Source: Arsenophonus sp.
GTDB taxonomy: Bacteria > Pseudomonadota > Gammaproteobacteria > Enterobacterales > Enterobacteriaceae
Assembly (NCBI GenBank): GCA_046530785.1
Contig: JBHEQT010000006.1
Coordinates: 12,726-76,725, forward strand
Direction: 5' to 3'
DNA length: 64,000 nt
This document shows positions 50,300-63,475 of the stretch, one piece after another. Under the pieces are notes generated by a model. The model ran no database searches. It had not been told where the DNA came from and saw only the letters and a list, made by a program, of their open reading frames with translations. Made by a program: the position numbers and the translations under genes. Numbering within the stretch: the stretch's first letter is position 1; every line of letters begins with the position of its first letter.

Positions 50300-51350
50300 G
50301 ATTTTATTAATTAGATATTATATCTATGTATTATAGTGATTAACAATCAACCAATTAGAAATTTTATTAGTATAATTGACGATAATTATAAAAAGTTTTT
50401 ACTTAATAAAGAAAAAGATTTTTACTACAAATTTCGATATTGAATAATTTTATAGTAATAAAAAGTTACTAAAATAATTCGACTCTCTTTTTTGGAAGAA
50501 ATTAATCTTTCAGATATAATATATAATAATGAATATTTGATTAATTTTTGTTGGTGATAAAAATTATTTAGTATTTCTTCAGATTGAGTTTTGTTATTAT
50601 CAAGTAATTATCAATCTTATTGATCAATAAAAGCTTTTTATAATCTCCTATAATTTTATTAAAATTTCAATAAATTTAAATTCAACTTAATTTCTTAAGT
50701 TCTTATTAATAAAAAATTTATTTTATCTTCCTGAATATAAAGAGTATCTTAATTGAACCAATCAGATAGTATAATTTTATTAATATCATATATTTTTTAT
50801 AAATATTTAATTGTTTTAACTATTATTGTTATAAATTTAGATAACTTTCCGATGAAAATTTCAGATAAAAATTATATAAAATATTTTAGTAGTATCGATA
50901 AAATATTTTAAGAAGAAATCCTTACTTTCTCGTTTATTTTTATATATGATTATATAGATCATATAGAAATATTATACAGGATTTAGATTTTTCAATTCTT
51001 TCAGATTATTAAATGCAGAAAATTAATATATTAATAAATTGTTTATTTTTAAAGCTAATATGAAAAACCACCTCATATTTTTAACTTATTAGTTTAAAAA
51101 TAACTTGATATTCTATTTCGATTAATATAAATAAATTTTAACTCATGAAATTTTATTTCATATCAGATATTCCTTATTATTAATATATACAACTATATAA
51201 AAGAAATTTTTATTTTTATCAGTAACTTTTAATATAACTAAAATTAATAGCATACTTTTATCTAGTTTAGAATTATTCTTTCCTTTGCATTATTAAAGAT
51301 TTTAATCTTTATTATGTTAGTAATCGTTTATTAGGTTTATTAAAGTTAAT
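50300..51350 (-). pseudogene. nrdB: Probable NrdB (class Ia RNR beta) remnant
   Basis: Weak minus-strand matches HELKFIYIN (~EHEKHIFISN) and AF..SERI (~AFSETI). Position and length fit synteny. Confidence 0.35.
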
Positions 51351-51399
51351 TATAAATATATTTATACAATAAAAACTCTCTGTTATACTATTTTATTTC

Positions 51400-53560
51400 T
51401 TAAAATAGACTCTCATCCTATATCTAATTTTAGATATAATCTAAAACTTACGTTTTGAAATAAATTTAATTTATACATATAAATAAATTAAATTCTTAAT
51501 AATCAATGATAGATATCACAACCTTTGTAAGGTTAATATTTTATTTCTTTAATATTCAAAGAATGCATATGTTTTTTGAACGTTTAAGTTATTTCCAGAA
51601 TAGAATTTGAAATTTATTATTATCAATAATGGATTTAAAATCCATATAATTGGAAATTTATTTTTCATTAACCAATAAATTAATTTTTAACTTATAACTA
51701 AAAATCCTTTATGAAGTGTTTTTTAGACGTTTTTTATTTATTTTGATAAAAAAATTAAGTTTGTTATTAATTATAAATAATGGAAGAGTAACTATAAACT
51801 GTTTTTATTTTATTTCATAGTTAGGAAGCTATATTATTAGCTGATTTAAATTTTAAAAAAAATTTTGTTATTAAAGTTTTTAAAAACTTGTGTATTAGTG
51901 AAAGGTTTCTTTTTAAGACTTACAGTATTTTAATATGGAATCCAATTGTATTATAGATGTAAAATATTATTTAATATATTAATTAATCGACGATTTAGTT
52001 TTTATTAAAATCAGAATTAGATAAGTTATATATACAATAAAGATTAATATTTAATTAATCTCAAAATATGTAAATATTATTGATTTTAAAAAGTTTTAGA
52101 AAAAATAAAATGAATATAAAAGATTATACTTTCCTATTAATACCAAGTGAATAAATAGTTATATTAATTAGTATTTTAAATTTTATCACTGTAGAATAAG
52201 TTATTTTTAACTTTTTATAACTATCAATATTGAAAAATATTTCTATATAAGTTCTATTTGGGTTAGACCATGGATCAGTATCTTCTTTTTGAAAAGTTTT
52301 GTATTTATTTTAATAAATAAAATTGGGAATTATTTCAAAAATTTATAGAGGATTATTACTCAATATCATTGCAGTACTGAACAAGAATATATAGTTAAAT
52401 AATATTCATTATTAATTAGAATTAAATTTTAAATATGGAAACAAAAACAAGAGATAAAATTTGTATTTTAAAAATTATATTTAATCTAAAACTAAAACTT
52501 AGAGAAGTATTATAAACAATAAAAATACGTCTTATATTTCCTATAAGAAGATATTAATCTAAAATTTGAAAACTGTCCGTATTATTATAATGTAATTTTT
52601 GTAAGGATAAGTAATAATTAAATGGGGGTCAGATAAATCAATTTTTATTGATATCAATATTTTACTTATAAATTCAAGTTTATATAAATTTTTTGAAAAG
52701 TCTTCCTTGGAGATGTCAACATTGCTAATATTTATAGAAATTAAGAGAGAATTTATATAAAATATATCAATTTCCAAAATTTTAGTTATCTAGTGCAAAA
52801 TGTACTAGATATTAATACTTATGTATCGGATAAATTAAAAAATATTTCATAATCTCATGGTTGAAGATATGTTAATAGAATTAAGGTTAACATCATATTC
52901 AATTATATGGAATGAATAAATTTCTGTCTTGACAGTATATAAATTACTATTTCTTAATAGAAGAAGATTATCAATTTTAAAGTTGAATAGCATTAAAAAT
53001 ATAAATATATTCAAAACTAGGTGTTTGTTGACCCAACATAAAAATTAAATTATAAGAAGAATATAAAAACTGAGCATTTTATAAATTTCACAATTTATCC
53101 AGATTTTCAATAAGTATACATTTATTTTCTAATTTCTTAATTATTTCGTAGAAATATTCATATCATGCATGCAATAATATGAAAAACTATCAATTTTCTA
53201 GATTCTTTATTATATTTTACTATTTTAATCCAAACAGTTAAAATATTATTTTTTTGATTTAGGTAATTTAAGTTAACTACATATTTTAAGTAGAATGGAA
53301 ATATTTAATTGATCTTTAAAATGTTAAGATTAATCTTCTTTATCTAAAATAGAAGTTTACATCGGATTTGAATATGCTATTTGAATATCGAAAAATTTTG
53401 ATGAGATCATACAATTCATCTGAAATAGGTATTTTTATAAAATGAATAGATATTTTATTCTTCTTATCTTTATGAAGTAATACTTCTAATAGATTTTATC
53501 TTTAAATAAATAAAGTTAACTTTGGATAGTTATTTATTTGATCATTATATTCATTATTAA
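51400..53560 (-). pseudogene. nrdA: Eroded NrdA (class Ia RNR alpha)
   Basis: Collinear fragments ISDEL..*HIQ (~ISQVELRSHIQ), MLGQQTPS (~MSGVRTPT), LEI...SLLI (~LEVESLLV; ORF 52559-52777), YILVQYCN (~YIQNVDHCN) and SLGI (~TLGI). Immediately downstream of ubiG. Confidence 0.6.
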
Positions 53561-53831
53561 TAGTTTAATAAAATAATTATTTATAAAACATTATTTTTTT
53601 ACTTTTATATTAAAAGTAAAAGAAATGTAAATAGAATAAATAAATGTATGATATACTTTATAATAATAAAAATAAAATACTTATTTTTTGATTTTAAAAT
53701 CAAATGTTAAAGATTTGCTATTACCCAATAACTTTAGTTATTATAAGAGAGTATTTTAATATATATTATTTTTAATACAGTAGAAACTTAACTTAATTAA
53801 TGACCTAATTTTATTTTTTCTTTAATGCATA

Positions 53832-54563
53832 TTAAGAATTACTTATGCTTGATAAGTGCAATATATAATTAATTTGAATATTTGATGTTAATGAAAATTT
53901 ATTGCTAAAAAGATTATACTGCAATCCGATGATATCTTGTTCTTGTAACGATGTTTTATCTATCCAGTTGAGTAATTCAGAAGGTCGAATAAATTTTTTT
54001 ATATCATGAGTTCCCTTTGGAACTATATGTAAAATATATTCGGCGCAAATAATTGCTAATAACCATGCTTTTTTATTGCGATTAATAGTGGAAAAAAATA
54101 TATGACCTCCTGGTTTGATTAATTTTGCACATGATTTAACTACTGATTCAGGATTGGGTACATGTTCTAACATTTCCATACAGGTAATAATATCATAAGT
54201 TTTAGGATATTTTTTTACATGGTTTTCTGTTGTTTCTTTAAGATACTTAATTTTTATATTACTTTCTAATGCATGAAGATAAGCAACTGAAAGGGTTTCT
54301 TCTGCTATATCAATTCCTGTCACTATAGCTCCTTCTTTTGCCATACTTTCTGATAAAATACCCCCCCCGCAACCTATATCTAATACTATTTTACCAAATA
54401 AACCATTAGCCTGTTTCAGAATATAATTTAAACGTAATGGATTAATTCGATGAAGGGATTGAAATTCACTTGTTTTATCCCACCAATGAGATGCAATAGG
54501 GTTAAATTTGTTAATTTCAGATAAATCAATATTTGATTGACTAGAAGAATTTTTATATCTCAT
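53832..54563 (-). CDS. ubiG: Ubiquinone biosynthesis O-methyltransferase
   Basis: [37 protein letters not shown] and FFSTINR. Confidence 0.97.
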   Translation of the reverse strand: MRYKNSSSQSNIDLSEINKFNPIASHWWDKTSEFQSLHRINPLRLNYILKQANGLFGKIVLDIGCGGGILSESMAKEGAIVTGIDIAEETLSVAYLHALESNIKIKYLKETTENHVKKYPKTYDIITCMEMLEHVPNPESVVKSCAKLIKPGGHIFFSTINRNKKAWLLAIICAEYILHIVPKGTHDIKKFIRPSELLNWIDKTSLQEQDIIGLQYNLFSNKFSLTSNIQINYILHLSSISNS

Positions 54564-54670
54564 AAGAAATTTATTTTTTAATTTTTAGTTAAATAGAATG
54601 TATAATAACAAGTATTATTATACTAGATTATTTATTAATCATTATATATATATTATAAAATATTGATTTG

Positions 54671-54679
54671 TGATATAAT
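54671..54679 (+). promoter_or_regulatory. Extended -10 (TGnTATAAT) promoter of gyrA
   Basis: TGATATAAT about 45 bp upstream of the likely gyrA start. Confidence 0.5.
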
Positions 54680-54721
54680 ACGTTATTAATGAATAAGGAG
54701 TATAAGGAATACAGTGAGTAC

Positions 54722-57274
54722 ATGAATAAGATAGGAAGAGAAATTAAAAAAATTAATCTTGAAGAGGAAATGAAAAGCTCTTATTTAGATTATGCGATGT
54801 CTGTGATTGTTGGACGCGCCCTTCCAGATGTACGAGATGGATTAAAACCTGTTCACCGTCGCATATTATATGCGATGAATGTATTAGGTAATGATTGGAA
54901 CAAAGCTTATAAAAAATCAGCTCGTGTAGTCGGTGACGTTATTGGTAAATACCATCCTCATGGTGATAGTGCGGTTTATGATGCGATAGTTCGTCTAGCG
55001 CAATCTTTTTCAATGCGTTATATGTTAATCGATGGGCAAGGTAATTTTGGATCTGTTGATGGCGACTCTGCTGCTGCGATGCGTTATACTGAAGTACGAA
55101 TGGCAAAAATTGCTCATGAATTATTGGAGGATCTAGATAAGGAAACCATTTCTTTTATTCCTAACTATGATGGTACAGAAAAGATTCCGGATGTTATGCC
55201 AACGCGGATCCCAAATTTGTTACTTAATGGATCTTCAGGTATTGCTGTTGGAATGGCTACCAACATTCCACCTCATAATGTTAGTGAAATCATTGATGGC
55301 TGTTTGGCTTATATAGATAATGAAAATATTAGCATTAAAGGATTATTAAAATATATTCCAGGTCCGGATTTTCCAACTGCTGCAATTATTAATGGTCGTC
55401 GTGGTATCATCGACGCATATCAAACGGGTCGCGGAAAAGTTTATATCCGTGCTCGTACTAAAGTTGAAGTTGATGATAAAAATGGTCGTGAAACAATTAT
55501 TGTTAATGAAATCCCTTATCAAGTTAATAAATCTCGTTTAATTGAAAAAATAGCTGAATTGGTTAAAGATAAACGTATTGAAGGGATTAGCGCATTACGT
55601 GATGAATCTGATAAAGATGGAATGCGTATTGTTATTGAAGTAAAACGGGATGCAGTTTCAGAAGTTGTACTTAATAACCTGTATTCTCTCACTCAACTTC
55701 AAGTCTCATTTGGTATTAATATGGTCGCTTTATGTAATGGCCAACCTAAACTTTTAAATTTAAAAGAGATTCTTGAAGCTTTTATTCGTCATCGTAGAGA
55801 AGTGGTTAGTCTACGGACTATTTTCGAATTACGTAAAGCACGAGAGCGTGCTCATATATTAGAAGCGCTATCGGTCGCATTAGTAAATATTGATCCGATT
55901 ATTAAAGTTATTCGTCAAGCATTAACGCCACATAAAGCAAAATTAGATTTAATTGTTCGCCCTTGGCAATTAGGTAATGTTTTTAGCATATTATCAAGTG
56001 TAGACTATAAGATAACTCGTCCTGAATGGCTTAATTCTCAGTACGGTGTACGAGATGGTCAATATTATTTGACTGAACTGCAAGCTCAGGAAATTCTTGA
56101 TTTGCGTTTGCAAAAATTAAATAACTTAGAACAAAATAAAATTTTAGATGAATATAATACTCTTTTAAAGAAAATTTCTGAATTAATATATATATTAAAA
56201 AGCCAAGAACGATTGATGGAAGTCATATATAAAGAGTTGAAAGCTGTTAAAGAAGAATATCATGATGTCCGTCGCACAGAAATTACTGAAAATAGCGCAA
56301 ATATTAATATCGAAGATTTAATTAACCAAGAAGATGTAGTCGTTATCTTATCACATCAAGGTTATATTAAATATCAGCCATTATCTTCTTACGAAGCACA
56401 GAGACGCGGAGGTAAAGGTAAGTTAGCAGCGAGAATAAAAGAAGAAGATTTTATTGAACTTTTGTTAATTGCAAACACTCATGATACAATTCTATGTTTT
56501 TCTAGTCATGGGCGTCTTTATTGGATGAAGGTTTATCAATTACCAGAATCTAGCCGTGCTTCTCGTGGACGACCAATAATTAATTTATTGTCATTAAAAA
56601 AAAATGAACGAATTACTGCAATTTTACCGATACGTGAGTTTAATGATGATCATTATGTATTTATGGCTACTGCAAATGGTATAATTAAGAAAACATCTCT
56701 AAAAGAGTTTAGTCGTCCAAGAAATATGGGGATCATTGCGGTTAATCTTAATAAAGGAGATGAATTGATTGGTGTTAATCTAACTTCTGGTAAAAATGAG
56801 ATAATGCTTTTTTCTGCTACTGGTAAAGTTGTTCGTTTTTCGGAAACCGTGGTTCGTCCTATGGGACGAATAGCAAAGGGAGTTCGAGGCATTAAATTAA
56901 AACTTGGAGATAAAGTTGTTTCTTTAATTATACCTTTTGATGAAGGTGATATTTTAACTGTTACAGAAAATGGTTACGGTAAACGAACTGAGAAGAGTGA
57001 ATATCCAACAAAATCTCGTGCCACTCAAGGTGTTATTTCCATTAAAGTTAATGAACGTAATGGTAATGTAGTTGGGGCGATTCAGGTAAAAAAAACTGAT
57101 CAAATTATGATGATTACTGATGCTGGCACTTTAGTTCGTATAAGAGTTTTAGGGGTTAGTATTATTGGAAGAAATACTCATGGTGTTATTTTGATTCGTA
57201 CTACTAAAGATGAAAAAGTAGTTTGTTTACAAAGAATTATTTTAAATGAAGAAGAGAGAATAGGATTATCGTAA
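54722..57274 (+). CDS. gyrA: DNA gyrase subunit A (likely start 54722; ORF track start 54689)
   Basis: [26 protein letters not shown] (wild-type S83/D87), catalytic AMRYTE and GyrA-box QRRGGKG. Confidence 0.98.
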   Translation: MNKIGREIKKINLEEEMKSSYLDYAMSVIVGRALPDVRDGLKPVHRRILYAMNVLGNDWNKAYKKSARVVGDVIGKYHPHGDSAVYDAIVRLAQSFSMRYMLIDGQGNFGSVDGDSAAAMRYTEVRMAKIAHELLEDLDKETISFIPNYDGTEKIPDVMPTRIPNLLLNGSSGIAVGMATNIPPHNVSEIIDGCLAYIDNENISIKGLLKYIPGPDFPTAAIINGRRGIIDAYQTGRGKVYIRARTKVEVDDKNGRETIIVNEIPYQVNKSRLIEKIAELVKDKRIEGISALRDESDKDGMRIVIEVKRDAVSEVVLNNLYSLTQLQVSFGINMVALCNGQPKLLNLKEILEAFIRHRREVVSLRTIFELRKARERAHILEALSVALVNIDPIIKVIRQALTPHKAKLDLIVRPWQLGNVFSILSSVDYKITRPEWLNSQYGVRDGQYYLTELQAQEILDLRLQKLNNLEQNKILDEYNTLLKKISELIYILKSQERLMEVIYKELKAVKEEYHDVRRTEITENSANINIEDLINQEDVVVILSHQGYIKYQPLSSYEAQRRGGKGKLAARIKEEDFIELLLIANTHDTILCFSSHGRLYWMKVYQLPESSRASRGRPIINLLSLKKNERITAILPIREFNDDHYVFMATANGIIKKTSLKEFSRPRNMGIIAVNLNKGDELIGVNLTSGKNEIMLFSATGKVVRFSETVVRPMGRIAKGVRGIKLKLGDKVVSLIIPFDEGDILTVTENGYGKRTEKSEYPTKSRATQGVISIKVNERNGNVVGAIQVKKTDQIMMITDAGTLVRIRVLGVSIIGRNTHGVILIRTTKDEKVVCLQRIILNEEERIGLS

Positions 57275-57349
57275 AAAATATCTTGATATTAATAAATGTA
57301 GATAATTGTTCTTTAATGAACAATAAATTAATTTTATCCCTCGTAGGTA

Positions 57350-59840
57350 TATATTAAGTGGTTATTTTACAATTAATCTCTATTATTATTAGAAATAATT
57401 TTATTATTCTTTCATCGAAAAGGAATCCAGTATTAATAGATTTTTTATAGTTAAAATGAATATTATATTTTCTTATAATAGAAATTTTCTTTTTAAATAA
57501 TTATGTTTATGAGTTAAATAATTTTTTATATTCCTCTAAAAATAATTAAAATCTTTAAATTAATAAAAATCGATCACTAATTTTTTTTTAAATACCATTT
57601 TCTAAATCTATTAATAATAGATTTAATGAGGGATTGACTTATAAATTATAATAGAATTTTTATTAAATGTAATCTCATTCATTTTAATAATTTTCTAATT
57701 TAATTATTAAAAATAAGAAGAATCTTTTATTGATAGAAAAAAGATAGTCTTTAAAAGAAAAAATGATTAAATCGTAAAATAGTAACACTCATAGAATCAA
57801 TTGATATTAATATCTTATATTTTATTGGATAATAGTTAGTATATTAAATAATGAATTTACTCATACCGTATTTTAATTATTAAATTTTCATAAAATATAT
57901 ATTTTATTATTTATTTAATATAATTATGTTTATATTATTAGAAATAGTTATATCTGTTTATAAATAATCTATGTGGATTTATTTATTAAAATAAAAAGCT
58001 ATCTATATATTCAGATCTTATATAATATCTGAATCATATTCAGATATTATAATTATAATATCATTTATAGAATGTAATCAAAAATAAGTAAACCAAAATC
58101 GATACATTATGAATAATTTATTATGAATTATAAATATTATTTTACTATATCTTTATAATTTAGAGATATTATACGTTTATAAATTATATATTTAAGAATT
58201 CTTGTTTCTTGACGAACAAGGATATTTTTATTAAAATACTAATTTATAATTAATAATATTTATTATTTTTTAATAACTAAATTTAAATAACTTAATATTA
58301 ATTTTTCATCATTTGATTATTCTAAAGTTTTTGTTTATTAATTTGATAATATTCTGATAACAAATGATTTTGATAAATTAATATATAGATTAATAATCTA
58401 CTCGATATCATTAATTTCAGAAAGAAAATTTTTTTTTTGAAATCTTATAAGAAATTTATATTTATATTGAAATTCTAGATTTAAAAAATTATGATTTATG
58501 AAATAGATTAATAAAACTATTTAATATTTTTTTTAAATTAAAGTTAAAATAAGGTTTTTCATAAAGGATTAATTTTAATATATTTTATTTATAAGTTTTA
58601 ATTCAATATACTAGACTCTATTAATAAAATTAAAAAATAGATTGGTATAAATAATAATCTCTTCGTAAGAGTTACCTTATTTAATATTAAATATATGATT
58701 TGTTGAAATTAATTAGTTTTATTTAATTATACATAAATTATTTAATTTTTTCTTGATTATAAACTGAGAAAAATTCCTTAATGATAAATATATCTTGTCA
58801 AGAAAATTTTTAAAAAAAATTATTTTTACTAGTTATTTTAATACTTTAATTAAATTTTTAAAATTTTTATAATTCAAATTAGATATATAAGAGCAATACC
58901 TCGCCCTTAATCATAAAGTTTTATCGATACATAACTAATTAATATTAACTTGTTTGAAATAAGTTTTAGATATATTTAGAAGATATTTTTCTTTATAAGA
59001 ACTAATAAATTTGGTAAATCAGGAGATTTGCATTCTTTTAAAATGATATACTTTCGATATTTAAATCGAATACATAATCTAGTATTGTAAAGTTATTATT
59101 TGTATCTACTAAAAGATTTATAAGTTAAGGTAGTATAGTTTACTATTTTAATATATCTAATTCTATTATCGCATTTATTAGTAGTATTGAAAAATCAGAA
59201 ATTGGAATATTTGAATTAATATTATCAATATTATTGACATTATATGGTTAAATATTAAAATTATAAAAACAATTTCAATTAAAATTCCTAAAGAGATTTT
59301 ATTTTATCAAATAACATAGTTAGCTATCATTAAAATATAATGATGTTTAAAATCATTCATATTTTTAAAAACCTCAAACTTTTTATAAAAATATATTTTT
59401 ACTCTATATACTATTATATTTTAATTTATTTATATTTTGTAGTATACAGTTTATTAATAGCTACATTTTCTATGGTAAGGATAATTACATAATCAATCCA
59501 CTATTAATAATTCATATTTTATAATTATAAAAGAATATAGAGTCTGAATTATTCAGTATAATAAATTATATTAAATATTTATTTATTTTTTTATCTCTAT
59601 ATATATAATTATATTATTTAATTTAAAAAAATAATAATTAATTATTATATAAGGAATATTGATTTCCTTTTATCAAAAATTCTATTTGATAATCAATTAT
59701 AAATAATTAATATTATAAATTTTATTCTATAAAAGTAATACATATATAAATTATTAGCTATTTTAAATAATTTCATAAATTTCAAAATTGATAAAATCAA
59801 GAAATATCTTGATATTATCAAAGAGAGAAACAAATTAAAC
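57350..59840 (+). pseudogene. rcsC: Possible RcsC remnant
   Basis: Synteny after gyrA; weak matches ISN..., DNQL and IDKIKKYL (~LDVIKQTL). Confidence 0.3.
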
Positions 59841-59989
59841 TTAATTGTTTCTATTAATAAAAAATTAATTTTTAACTCTACTCTTACTTTTGTAATAATA
59901 ACTGACTATAGTGATAAAATATCATACTTAAATTAATAAGAATACTTATCATTATTTATGAGATAGTAAATAAATATTAGGAAATATTT

Positions 59990-60600
59990 CATATTTATTG
60001 GTATCAATTCCTATACGTTATTACTTATATTAAGTAGTCAATATTTATTTATTCATTATTTTAGTTATTTAAATAGATTTAAATTTATTTAGCCGTTCTA
60101 TTTTCCTTTTACTAAAGTTAACAATATAAATTGTATTTAATATTATTTATGAAATTAAGAGAATTACATATTATAATAAATAATTTATTAATTGTGATAT
60201 TTTTAGATCTTTTTGTTAGAGGATTTTTAAGTTGATTTTTTTAAAACATAAAGAAAAAATAAAAATTTTCTTTTTTAAAATTATTTATTTTTATATTTTC
60301 GCATCAGTAATTTTATTTATCAATATTTCTTAAATACTAATAAATAAAAAATATATAAGTATTAATTTATATACTTTATCAAAGATAGTTTTATTGTTAA
60401 TAAGAAATCTAATAAAATATTATAAATTAATATAATTACTTAATTGTATTTATATTTTTCTTATGAAATATATATTATTAGAAATTAAATAAATTTAAAT
60501 ATAAATTTTTGATAGTAATAATAAATTTATTATAAATAATTACTTATTATATCTATATTCAATAAGTTATTAAATAAAAAAATTTTTAAGATATTTTAAT
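59990..60600 (-). pseudogene. rcsB: Possible RcsB remnant
   Basis: Minus strand IERLNKFKSI (~IAKKLNRSIKTI) followed by LLN (~ALLNY). Convergent with the rcsC remnant. Confidence 0.35.
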
Positions 60601-61596
60601 TTAATAATTAATAGATTATCTGATAAATTATTTTTAAATAGATCGAGTAAATAAAAATACAACGAAAAAATATAATGTTAAATATCAAGTAGTTTTTTAT
60701 TTTTTATATTATGTTATTTAACAAATCAATTAATAAACATTTAGGATTAATATTATATTTATTAAATAAATTTATTAATATTTATAATTATTTTTTAATT
60801 AACCTGATAAATTAATTATTTCTTAGAAAATACAATAATATGAATTATTAAAATATATAAAATTATTCATATATAAATTTTCTTATTTATATATATCTGA
60901 TGATAAGGAGATAGTATCATTTTAATGATTTTCTTTTTTGTATTAAGAATTAAACAATTCTCTATAAAATATTTCTAAATTTTGGAATAAATAAATATTT
61001 ATAAAAAGTTTTATTAATTCTTATTAAAGAATATATATAAAATTTATATTTATTTTAAACCTTTATTATTATTTATAAAATAAATTAATTTTATATTCCA
61101 GATTAATATTTTATTATTTCTTTTTATGAAAAAATCGATTAAGAATCTTATATCTGTTATATTGATCTAAAAATACCAGAAAGAAAATTTATGAATAATA
61201 TGGTATTAATTTTAAGTTTTATTTTTAGTGTAGATTAGTAATATACTTAAAATTGAATTATGTATCAAAATGATATTTTTCAATTTTTATATTTAAAATA
61301 TATTTAATTATCTTATTAATCGTATTTTTTATTGTTATTAATTCAATTATAAAATTAATAATAAAAAATAAAAATAATAAAATCGATTTAATAAATTATT
61401 ATAAAAGCCGTGTTAATTATAAACTTTGTAAAGTTGATTGTTTATATCCATTGATAGAAGGAGATGATAATTTATCAAAAAATTAGCATTTAATTATTAT
61501 TTAAATAAGTTTATTTTACTTTTTTTATTAAGAAATAGTTTTTCGTAAAATTATTTTAATCATAAAACAATAAAATAATACTTTTATATAAAAGTA

Positions 61597-61625
61597 TAGA
61601 CAATGTTATCACATTTCGCCATAAT
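61597..61625 (+). promoter_or_regulatory. Sigma70 promoter of tRNA-Ser
   Basis: TAGACA (61597-61602), 17-bp spacer, CATAAT (61620-61625), ending 10 bp before the tRNA. Confidence 0.6.
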
Positions 61626-61635
61626 TCTCTCCATT

Positions 61636-61723
<88 letters not shown>

Positions 61724-61759
61724 AAGTTCATTGATTTATAGAAAATTTCTAAAAATTTA

Positions 61760-62770
61760 TTTTTAATTTATTGATCATAAATTTGCATCTTATATATGAT
61801 ATGGTAATTAAAATAATTAGTTAAAATATATTTATTGTTTATAATTTTAATAAAAGTCTATTGTAAGATATAATCTTACAAGATTGCGTAAAGATTATAT
61901 ATCTTTAATAAGATACTTTAAAAGTAAATTTTTACTTTATAACTTATGCATAATTTTTATAAATTCTTACTATTCTCGTTTTTCATGAAAAGAGATAATA
62001 CAAAACATATAATTGAATTAATCAATTAGTCAATCTGTAAGATTGAACTCATGAAAGTCAGAACTATTCTATTTAAATAGTTTTTTCTATGCAGAATTTA
62101 AATTAACTTTTATTCTATTTTAGAATAAGATAAGGGTTATTATTTTATCTTTGTGTTCATATTTTATGTAAAAGAAAATTTATTGATGATGATTTTTATT
62201 TATCTATATAAGACTTTTACAAGATATTTGTTTTCAACTAAAAATATTAATTTATCTATCTAATTTAATATTTTTAGAATCATTCTAGTTAACTCTTCTC
62301 AAAATATTAATTAAAGATTATTTAAAATAAATAATATTAAAAGTACTAGTCTTTATAAGGAAAGAAAAGGAATAATTGATTCAATTGGATTTTAAATATT
62401 TTTAGTAAATGTTTTTGATTTTCTTTATCAAAAAAATTTCTTTATTTTTAGTAAATTTTAATAAAAGTATCTTATCAATCTATTTCTAATCTTTCAGTGC
62501 TGCGAAATGAAGATTTGATAAATTCTAAATAGAATAAATTTCTTTCAATGCTTGATAATTTATAATTGGAATATTTGTAGCTTTCATTTTTAAATTACTT
62601 TTCTTTGAAATTATTTCATCTATTTTATTAACTATAGTGATTATAAAAAAATAAATTTTGATTTATTAAAACTTTTTTAATAGGTTTTTCTTGAAAAGGT
62701 TTTACTAAAAAACAATAAAATAAAGTTTTTAAATATTATCTCCGAAAAATTTAAATTTTATTTTTCATAA
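61760..62770 (-). pseudogene. Possible UDP-glucose 4-epimerase (GalE-like) remnant
   Basis: ALKEI...LHFAALK (~ALMTEI...IHFAGLK), IKNI, YFEKS*L (~YGKSKL) and NNPY (~NNLMPY), collinear over about 1 kb. Confidence 0.35.
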
Positions 62771-62814
62771 TTTAATTTAAAATTAATTATAAAATTAATA
62801 ATTGGGATTTTTTA

Positions 62815-63475
62815 TAAAAAATATAATTTTAATTATCCTATTGATATAATATGGTTTTATAGAAATATATAAAATATTTAAAGATTAATATTTTTTACTC
62901 CTGATAATTTAGATCCTAAAACTCAGGGGAGTTCAAAAAATTATTATTGATTTTAATTTTTAATAAATTTAAAAAATTTTTGCAAAAATTTTTTGATAAT
63001 TAATTACTTTGATAACTTATATTTAATTAATAATTCTCTTTTATCTATTTTTATAGTTACTTCTATAAATAAAAGTAAAATGTTTAATAAATTATATTTT
63101 TATTAAAAAAATAGTAAGATTTTTCTTTTGATTACCAAAAGAAAATAAATTTACTATATGTAATAGTAATTACATTATTGGTTATTATCTTATTATTTAT
63201 AATAGTATTTATATTATTTCATTATGATTATAATACAACAATGTTTTTCTTAAATAAATTTTACTTATTTTTTATTTTTCATTATTTACTAATAAAAATA
63301 TAATTTTTGAAAATTATTTTTTGAAATTACGGTTATTTATGCTCAAGATTAATTTTATTTAATTTCTTAATAATCGATATTATATTCTGTAATAGAGAAA
63401 AAATCCAAATCTATCTCCTTGTTATAACTATAAAATGTTTATTTTATTTTGAGTAATTTAAACTTATCACTAACA
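62815..63475 (+). pseudogene. yccA: Probable YccA (FtsH modulator, BAX inhibitor family) remnant
   Basis: YKIFKD*YFLLL resembles HKVLRNTYFLLS, and IIFEN resembles ILFET. yccA follows serT in E. coli. Confidence 0.45.

Noticed and set aside
56653-56892. Minus-strand ORF of 79 aa
   Set aside because: Antisense shadow of gyrA.
1558-57274. Possible UGA->Trp recoding (none of the 15 intact genes ends in TGA)
   Set aside because: No intact gene contains an in-frame TGA at a Trp position, and TAA dominance is expected at this AT content. TGA/TAG at Trp sites in pseudogenes fit ordinary G->A decay.
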